Positions 57,991 through 64,000 of a stretch of 64,000 bases of DNA are shown here, piece by piece (position 1 is the stretch's first letter; each line of letters starts with the position of its first letter). The notes beneath the pieces are model-generated. The model was not told where the DNA came from. It ran no database searches and was given only the letters and a program-made list of their open reading frames with translations. Both the position numbers and the translations under genes were made by a program. Source of the DNA: an uncultured virus (IMG/VR IMGVR_UViG_3300021963_000091) (taxonomy: Duplodnaviria > Heunggongvirae > Uroviricota > Caudoviricetes); IMG/VR virus record IMGVR_UViG_3300021963_000091; one strand, 5' to 3'.

Positions 57991-58503
57991 ATGAGCAGTA
58001 GATGTAAAAATAAGATCCGCACTCCTGGTTATTTTGTAAAACGGATGAGGGATAGCGGATTTGTTGTGTTAAAAATTTTTAGAGAGTATGCCAAGCACGA
58101 TTCACGTGCTTGGACTATACTCGTTAATCCTGGTGGAGCGTCTGTATATATAACTTGTTACTTTAATAGAGAGAATAATAAGGATATCGAGTTCGAACTG
58201 AATGACGGTGGGTTTAATATACCAAAGAACTTTTTTATTAAAACAGATTCGATTGAAGTCATTACAGAGTATCTTGTCAATAATGGGATATCTAATAAGG
58301 ATAATTGGGCGCTTAAGGGTAAATTTATACGGCCCGGCTTAAGTAATTTAAATGGATACCAATCGAGACAACCAGCAGCCGGCGGGTGGCAACACGGATC
58401 CGTTAATGAGCAAGTCGGCTCACAAGAAGCAGCAGGCGGAGATACGGAAGCTCATCAAAGAGGTTCAGACCGAAAAGAGATCGAGACCTACGAAGCAGAT
58501 TAA
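57991..58503 (+). CDS. Hypothetical protein
   Basis: KNKIRTPGYFVKR..DSG; 3' end overlaps the next ORF by 152 nt. Confidence 0.65.
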   Translation: MSSRCKNKIRTPGYFVKRMRDSGFVVLKIFREYAKHDSRAWTILVNPGGASVYITCYFNRENNKDIEFELNDGGFNIPKNFFIKTDSIEVITEYLVNNGISNKDNWALKGKFIRPGLSNLNGYQSRQPAAGGWQHGSVNEQVGSQEAAGGDTEAHQRGSDRKEIETYEAD

Positions 58504-58708
58504 TACAGAGGACGATTTGCATCGTTTAGCGAGCGTGATGTCGGAGTACCTAGAATCATATATTTTACTAGGATATGATATGGACGGTAATGCAATTCGT
58601 ATATGCTTAGCTAGAAACCAGCAGAGTGCCGACGGTCTAACCACTCTTCTTACCAATGCTGCAATGCCGACGGGTGGTAGTAATATTAACAGTGATGATG
58701 AGAGTTGA
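58352..58708 (+). CDS. Hypothetical late protein
   Basis: TAAGTA at 58340-58345, 6 nt before ATG; EYLESYILLGYD..G. Confidence 0.7.
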   Translation: MDTNRDNQQPAGGNTDPLMSKSAHKKQQAEIRKLIKEVQTEKRSRPTKQINTEDDLHRLASVMSEYLESYILLGYDMDGNAIRICLARNQQSADGLTTLLTNAAMPTGGSNINSDDES

Positions 58709-58738
58709 ATCAGGTAGATATATCGCTAAATTGTAGTA

Positions 58739-59635
58739 ATGTCTATTGCTTGTCTTATTCTTGGTAAAGGTTACATCGGTAACCATCTTCAGAGTTACCT
58801 ATCTACTCTCTGCTCTATAGAGACTGTACAAATAGTTAATAAGTTAAAATTTGACTACACTGATCAAGACCACCTTTTTAAAAGACTTACAGAGCTAAAG
58901 ATGTCTCACGACGAGGTGGTGATTATAAATTGCGTAGGATATACCGGTAAACCTAACGTAGATGCATGCGAGAGAGATGAAAATAAGCCAGATTGTTGGA
59001 ACTTAAATGCAATATTACCGGCTAAGTTAGCTCTTACTGCTAAACGTGCAGACTGTAAATTTATTCATATTTCTAGTGGATGCATTTACGATAGCTACGA
59101 TAAATGTTACACTGAAGAAGATGTACCTAACTTCGGGCTCTATAGTAATAAGAGCAGCTTCTACTCAAAATCTAAGCATGCTGCAGAAGAGAGTATAAAG
59201 GCTATAGATTACGGTGTAATTTTTAGAATTAGAATGCCGTTTTGTAGCGATCTAAGTAACGTAAGGAACACTCTGTTTAAATTAGCGAAGTATACTCGTC
59301 TCATCTCTCATGAGAATTCAATGACTAGTGTACACGACTTAACGGTATTTATTGGTAAATTTATTGCTAATAATTATTTTGTAAAGCCCTTTGATATCTA
59401 TAACGTCGTAAACGAAGGTATTGTAACGAATAAGGTGATTATAACAATCTTTAAGAAATATGGTATAGATAGTAAGTGGTTATTTGTCGACGACACCGAG
59501 TTGAAAATGACAGCTAATAGGTCTAATACTGTTATAAGTACGGATAAGATTAGATCTATTGGATTTCAGCTACCTGAAGTAATGGGGTCAATTCAAGCCT
59601 GTATACGTGATCAGCGTGTCTATCGCAATGAATAG
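58739..59635 (+). CDS. RmlD-like NDP-4-keto-6-deoxysugar epimerase/reductase
   Basis: GKGYIG, YTGKPNVDACE, HISSGCIY, SFYSKSK YxxxK, RIRMP. Confidence 0.85.
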   Translation: MSIACLILGKGYIGNHLQSYLSTLCSIETVQIVNKLKFDYTDQDHLFKRLTELKMSHDEVVIINCVGYTGKPNVDACERDENKPDCWNLNAILPAKLALTAKRADCKFIHISSGCIYDSYDKCYTEEDVPNFGLYSNKSSFYSKSKHAAEESIKAIDYGVIFRIRMPFCSDLSNVRNTLFKLAKYTRLISHENSMTSVHDLTVFIGKFIANNYFVKPFDIYNVVNEGIVTNKVIITIFKKYGIDSKWLFVDDTELKMTANRSNTVISTDKIRSIGFQLPEVMGSIQACIRDQRVYRNE

Positions 59636-60422
59636 AAAAGGTATTATTCTTGCAGGCGGCAGAGGTAAACGTCTTTATCCTCTAACTAGAGGAACTAGTA
59701 AACAGCTTTTGCCAGTTTATGATAAACCATTAATTTATTACCCTATATCTACTCTCATAGATTGTGGTATTACCGAGATTGCAATAATTGTCGCTAAGGG
59801 AGAGACTGAGAGATTTAAGAAAGTTCTTGGTGACGGCTCACAGTGGGGCTTACAGTTCACATACTTCATACAGAGTGCACCTCGGGGGATCGCAGAGGCG
59901 TTTATCATTACTGAAAAATGGCTAGGCAAGAGTGATGTAGTGCTAGCTCTAGGTGATAATATATTTCATGGTACCGCGTTCAAAAATCAGCTAACATCTA
60001 TTCATGAATCCAAAGATAGTCTGAATCTTATATTTGGCTACCAGGTAGGTAACCCGTCTGAGTATGGCGTTGTAGAGTTTGACAGCAAACTAAAAGTAAA
60101 GCGTATTGTCGAAAAGCCAACTGAGTTTGTATCGATGTATGCAGTACCGGGGCTATATTTTTACGATAACTCGTGTATTAACAAAGCGAAATCCTTAACT
60201 CCCTCACCGCGCGGTGAACTCGAAATTACAGATATAAACAATCTATATATAAAAGAGGGTAAGTTAGAGGTTAGGCTACTTGACCCCGGTACCGCATGGC
60301 TGGATACCGGGACTGCAGATAGTTTATTAGATGCAGCAGAGTTTGTGAGGGTAATGCAGCGTAGAACAGGTGTCAGTGTATGTGACCCATCCAGGTCTAC
60401 TGCAAATAAGGAGTTTAAATGA
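59628..60422 (+). CDS. rmlA: Glucose-1-phosphate thymidylyltransferase
   Basis: KGIILAGG.G.RLYPLT, SKQLLPVYDKP, LGDNIFHG, EKP, RGELEITD, WLDTGT. Confidence 0.96.
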   Translation: MNRKGIILAGGRGKRLYPLTRGTSKQLLPVYDKPLIYYPISTLIDCGITEIAIIVAKGETERFKKVLGDGSQWGLQFTYFIQSAPRGIAEAFIITEKWLGKSDVVLALGDNIFHGTAFKNQLTSIHESKDSLNLIFGYQVGNPSEYGVVEFDSKLKVKRIVEKPTEFVSMYAVPGLYFYDNSCINKAKSLTPSPRGELEITDINNLYIKEGKLEVRLLDPGTAWLDTGTADSLLDAAEFVRVMQRRTGVSVCDPSRSTANKEFK

Positions 60423-60673
60423 TACCTCAATTACGACAATCTTTTGCGGTAAAGCGTGGTAGGTATGCTGGTGAGATAATGATTTTTATAGAAAAAACAA
60501 ATTACCAGTATACTTTTCTAAGTATACCGGTAATGAAAAATAGATATATACCTACTGATAAATTCGAATCAGGGTGGCAGAACGGTATAATTGAATTTGT
60601 CGAGGTAATACCTGCCGATGTCTATAAAACGGTAATTTTACAGTTTAAAAGGAATTGTACGGAGATTAAGTAA
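60419..60673 (+). CDS. Hypothetical protein
   Basis: 84-aa ORF with 4-nt overlap to rmlA. Confidence 0.65.
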   Translation: MIPQLRQSFAVKRGRYAGEIMIFIEKTNYQYTFLSIPVMKNRYIPTDKFESGWQNGIIEFVEVIPADVYKTVILQFKRNCTEIK

Positions 60674-60678
60674 TTAAA

Positions 60679-60876
60679 ATGTATACGTCCCCAAAGATCA
60701 TCACATCGCCGATTAGCGGCCAACCGGTAAAACCGCTGATAAAATCATATATCACTGGTAATAAAGAGATTACTGAAGCACACTACATTGATCCCGCATC
60801 AGGTGCCTTTATTAGAAAAGGTATCATTTCGGTAAAAGATCTCAAGACCGGTCAAATGGTTGATACCAGTATCTAA
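60679..60876 (+). CDS. Small late protein
   Basis: TAAGTA at 60667-60672, 6 nt before ATG. Confidence 0.65.
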   Translation: MYTSPKIITSPISGQPVKPLIKSYITGNKEITEAHYIDPASGAFIRKGIISVKDLKTGQMVDTSI

Positions 60877-60893
60877 ATCACCTATCTTAATTG

Positions 60894-61922
60894 GTGATAC
60901 CGGTTGACTACACCGTAGAAAAATTTTATGAATTCAATGGCGGAGTCAAGTACTCTCGTTACTTGAATAACTATCAGGGCTCGTGTTATATTTGTAAAGA
61001 AGGCCTCTCCTGGTTAAAGAAAAAGCGTTGCTACTACCTCGTTGAAAAGAACTACATATGCTGCCATAATTGCGGCTGGCGGGGATCAAGCACCAACTGG
61101 TTAATTGAAGTTACCGGTAAAACATTTAAGGAATTGCTAATTGACTCGAATGAGCATGATAAGCTGCCTGCCTCGTTTAAGACAGAGGAACCCCAAAAGC
61201 GAGTAAACATAGAAATACTCCCTAAGGATAGTATAAATCTACTCGATAAAAAGCAGGTAGAATTTTATATTAAAGAGCAATCGGTTATAGATGCTTTAAA
61301 AATAATTAGTAAGAGAAGGATAATACATGCGGTGAATCGCCCGCGAAGTTTGTGGTTGAGTCTCACGGATTTTGTACATAAAAACCGTTTAGTAATTCCA
61401 TTCTATAATAGAAACAAGGAGATTATTTTTTATCAGACACGGTCGATATACCCCGACGATACTAAGCCGAAATATCTTGGAAAGGTTAATTGCCCTAAGT
61501 CACTGTACGGTATCGATTCAATAGACAGTAATACTGATAATATCTTAATCTTCGAGGGACCTATTAATTCCTTTTTTACCAAAAACGGAGTAGCTGTTTG
61601 CGGTATTCAGGAAAATAGTCACGAACACTTAACAGCACTTCAAACCGAGCAGCTAAGAGCATTCCCCCTACATAAGAGGATATGGGTACTAGATTCTCAG
61701 TGGCTTGATAAAGCCTCTAATACTAAAACGAGTATTCTTATAAATCAAGGAGAGCAGGTCTTTATATGGCCTAGAGAGTTTGGCGAAAAATATAAAGACT
61801 TTAACGATATAATTATAGATCAAAAAAAGAACGAAATTGAAATTGATTTCGTCCTTTCTAATACCAGCTCAGGGCTAAAAGCTAAGATGCTTTTAGGCAA
61901 TATTAAGTGTTCGAAGAAATGA
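60894..61922 (+). CDS. gp61: DNA primase (T4 gp61-like)
   Basis: CYIC..CHNC zinc ribbon, RLVIPFY, FYQTR, PKY, FEGPINS, KDFND. Confidence 0.9.
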   Translation: MIPVDYTVEKFYEFNGGVKYSRYLNNYQGSCYICKEGLSWLKKKRCYYLVEKNYICCHNCGWRGSSTNWLIEVTGKTFKELLIDSNEHDKLPASFKTEEPQKRVNIEILPKDSINLLDKKQVEFYIKEQSVIDALKIISKRRIIHAVNRPRSLWLSLTDFVHKNRLVIPFYNRNKEIIFYQTRSIYPDDTKPKYLGKVNCPKSLYGIDSIDSNTDNILIFEGPINSFFTKNGVAVCGIQENSHEHLTALQTEQLRAFPLHKRIWVLDSQWLDKASNTKTSILINQGEQVFIWPREFGEKYKDFNDIIIDQKKNEIEIDFVLSNTSSGLKAKMLLGNIKCSKK

Positions 61923-62313
61923 GATAACCCTTTAGCGACTCGGATAGAGCGCTAAGTTCTGCAGCCAATCTAGATATTTTCTTTTTCTCACTTCGTGCAA
62001 TATCGTCAAACATCGTATCGCATTGCGCGGAGTGCAACTTGCTCTGCATAGATGTAGGCTTAGGCGCGTTTAGCATTTCAATAAAATTATCAATCTGAGA
62101 TATCCAATTCTTAAGTTCTTGTACCTGCTGTTGCTTTTCGACGTCAGCTCTGGGCGCAGGTGCAGGAACATCGTAGTCGGTTGGTGTAGCACCTTTGTCT
62201 AACGTGCTAGCCATTGCAGCACGTTCATCTTCAGGAGATGCGTCAACGATCGGGTTAGGAGTTGGCTCATTTTCCTGCTCGAGTAACGTAACAAATCGGT
62301 TTCGGAATCTCAT
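61903..62313 (-). CDS. Candidate internal head protein
   Basis: MRFRNRFVTLLE; TAAGTA at 62323-62328. Confidence 0.7.
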   Translation of the reverse strand: MRFRNRFVTLLEQENEPTPNPIVDASPEDERAAMASTLDKGATPTDYDVPAPAPRADVEKQQQVQELKNWISQIDNFIEMLNAPKPTSMQSKLHSAQCDTMFDDIARSEKKKISRLAAELSALSESLKGYLISSNT

Positions 62314-62318
62314 AATTT

Positions 62319-62357
62319 TAATTACTTATTCTTTTATATTCGAAGAATAAGTAATTA
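62319..62357. promoter_or_regulatory. Back-to-back late promoters forming a perfect 15-bp inverted repeat
   Basis: taattacttattctt-N9-aagaataagtaatta; each arm places TAAGTA before a divergent gene. Confidence 0.75.
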
Positions 62358-62358
62358 T

Positions 62359-62730
62359 GTGAAAAAGAGTATTGTTTTCGAAGATGCAACAATGGCTACC
62401 AGTAGATGGGTGGAAGGCCCAGGATTTAGCAGTCAGAGCGCGATGCCTACTAGCCTAGGTAAATTACTTGGCGTATCTGGCGAAACAGACCAATTTCCTA
62501 ATAATGTAAAGCAGACAAAATCTCTACACCCGCTGCTCGTCAGCGTACCTGCGTCGATAGGTGATGCAATACTATCATTAGCTAACATTAGACATAGCCT
62601 AGATAATGCTCTTAGGTCAAATTTAGCTAGATCTGAGGAAGATAAAAACAAATTAATTAGAGCTCGTCGACAAATTACCGCAACCACTAATCACCTCAAA
62701 TTCGCCACACGAATAATCGGCGATATCTAG
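62359..62730 (+). CDS. Hypothetical late protein
   Basis: TAAGTA 5 nt before GTG; MKKSIVFE. Confidence 0.7.
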   Translation: MKKSIVFEDATMATSRWVEGPGFSSQSAMPTSLGKLLGVSGETDQFPNNVKQTKSLHPLLVSVPASIGDAILSLANIRHSLDNALRSNLARSEEDKNKLIRARRQITATTNHLKFATRIIGDI

Positions 62731-62763
62731 TTGTTTTTATCGGATTAGACCATATTATGATAT

Positions 62764-63195
62764 ATGGTTAAAAAGGTATCCGTATCTATATCAATCCTCT
62801 GCTCAATATCAGCAGTGTTAGCATATCTTTGCTTTGACGGTCAAACAGCGCAAAATTTTGCGAAATGGTTTTTATTATTTTTTCTCAGTCAAGTAATATT
62901 ACACTTTAGCGTAACCTACGCAGTTGAGCTTTCTGCCTTAAAAAGAGTACGTCAACAAGAAATTGAACTAGCTATTGCAAGTGCATTAACGACGGCGAAT
63001 CTGACCTGTCCTTGTGGAGTCGCTAACGTTGAGACTGTTAATATAGTAATGGGTAGAGAAAATAGTTATAAATGCATTAAGTGTAATAAGATTATAAACG
63101 CTAACATTAAAGTTAGTACTACCCTAAAAACGCAACCCGTAGATGCGGGGATAATAACTAATTTTAATATCCAGACGGATGGAACCGTTAATTAG
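62764..63195 (+). CDS. Membrane protein with two TM segments and CxC/CxxC motifs
   Basis: Two hydrophobic stretches, then CPC and CIKC; early promoter at 62731-62758. Confidence 0.7.
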   Translation: MVKKVSVSISILCSISAVLAYLCFDGQTAQNFAKWFLLFFLSQVILHFSVTYAVELSALKRVRQQEIELAIASALTTANLTCPCGVANVETVNIVMGRENSYKCIKCNKIINANIKVSTTLKTQPVDAGIITNFNIQTDGTVN

Positions 63196-63543
63196 ATGAA
63201 CGATCAAATTGAAACTTACTTTAAGCGATATGCTTCGAAAGAGCAATATAATGCTTGGTTTTTAGGGAGTACCTTTGCTCGGGGTAAGCATACAAATAAC
63301 GAGGAAGTACTTCGATCTATAATGAAGAGTTATAATGTATTTGCTTCTCAACAAATACGTACCGCTAATGTATCCGAAGAGATCCGATCATTTGAGTTAC
63401 AGAAACTTCAACTTGTTACAAATTTATTTGATAATGTATGTTCGTGTCTTTCCACCGGAAGTCAGCACAGTAATAATAACGATTTCGTATTTTTTCTAAT
63501 TGGATATGTCGATAATCTCTCAAAAGAATATATTACAACCTAG
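63196..63543 (+). CDS. Hypothetical protein
   Basis: 115-aa ORF abutting the upstream stop. Confidence 0.65.
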   Translation: MNDQIETYFKRYASKEQYNAWFLGSTFARGKHTNNEEVLRSIMKSYNVFASQQIRTANVSEEIRSFELQKLQLVTNLFDNVCSCLSTGSQHSNNNDFVFFLIGYVDNLSKEYITT

Positions 63544-63766
63544 TACTCAAAGTCAGCAGATAGACAGGGGTGTTGATGAATATATAAGATGGCTGTGCCT
63601 GTGTGATGCTGTTAACGTTATATCTAATAAGGCGTTATCGCTTAATGTAGACGCAGATAAATACGTATCGAGAAAATCAAGCAATATTAAACGATATATC
63701 GATGAAGTATTTCCATCTGCGCGCGCGAACTTTATATTAGGTAATAAAATACAGTTCGATCAGTAA
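63500..63766 (+). CDS. Hypothetical protein
   Basis: 88-aa ORF within operon. Confidence 0.6.
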   Translation: MDMSIISQKNILQPSTQSQQIDRGVDEYIRWLCLCDAVNVISNKALSLNVDADKYVSRKSSNIKRYIDEVFPSARANFILGNKIQFDQ

Positions 63767-63999
63767 CCGCCATACACGCTGTCGAATCCTGGAGATTGGC
63801 TGTAGTTGAATATAGCTTGACCTTCTGTATTAACATCATAGGCGTATGGTTTCTCAGCACCAGATACTCCTGGTGCAACTGTATCATCAAATACTTGATC
63901 GTTACCTGTCTCGCCACTTAGTCCCAGCTCAAAACTATATTCATATCTCTTACCTTTTAATAACCATACGTAATGACCCGCGAGCGGGTTAATCTGTGC
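63760..63999 (-). CDS. C-terminal part of a probable neck protein (gp14-like)
   Basis: Hand translation AQINPLAGHYVWLLKGKRYEYSFE...IFNYSQSPGFDSVYGGY*; open to the window edge. Confidence 0.6.
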   Translation of the reverse strand, partial: AQINPLAGHYVWLLKGKRYEYSFELGLSGETGNDQVFDDTVAPGVSGAEKPYAYDVNTEGQAIFNYSQSPGFDSVYGGY

Positions 64000-64000
64000 A

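Noticed and set aside
63732..63917. 61-aa minus-strand ORF in the track
   Set aside because: A different minus frame (63760-63999) is open to the edge and resembles a gp14 C-terminus.
1..64000. Stop-codon reassignment
   Set aside because: Core genes are full length in the standard code and end in TAA, TAG (gp15, gp41) or TGA (uvsY, folE).

Overview
A 64-kb segment of a large T4-like myophage genome using the standard genetic code. I recognised no tRNA, CRISPR array, intein or homing endonuclease. The left end holds head and neck genes (gp21 protease, gp4, gp13, gp20 portal, gp15), a DinG/XPD-like helicase, a GroES-like co-chaperonin, a gp62-like gene and DUF366. From 9.7 to 27.6 kb is a minus-strand island of about 24 glycan genes: glycosyltransferases, methyltransferases, a sulfotransferase with an APS-kinase-like enzyme, and a small nucleotide-sugar pathway. 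The island shows visible duplication and decay. A complete dispersed preQ0 (7-deazaguanine) pathway (folE, queD, queE, queC) plus a class II amidotransferase is present, with no recognisable dpdA in the window. The T4-type replication block comprises uvsY, uvsW, gp55, gp47, gp46, gp43, uvsX, gp41, gp32, gp45 and gp61, with two glycosyltransferases and rmlA/rmlD-like genes embedded in it. Reading the intergenic DNA shows three further patterns. (1) Both early (TTGA-N16/17-TAnnnT) and late (TAAATA/TAAGTA) promoters mostly lie 5-9 nt before start codons, implying leaderless mRNAs. (2) About 14 orphan genes carry N-termini resembling the T4 capsid-targeting sequence. (3) A candidate ~235-nt structured ncRNA lies at 32.7-33.0 kb. 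All product calls come from motif recognition by eye; no database searches were run.
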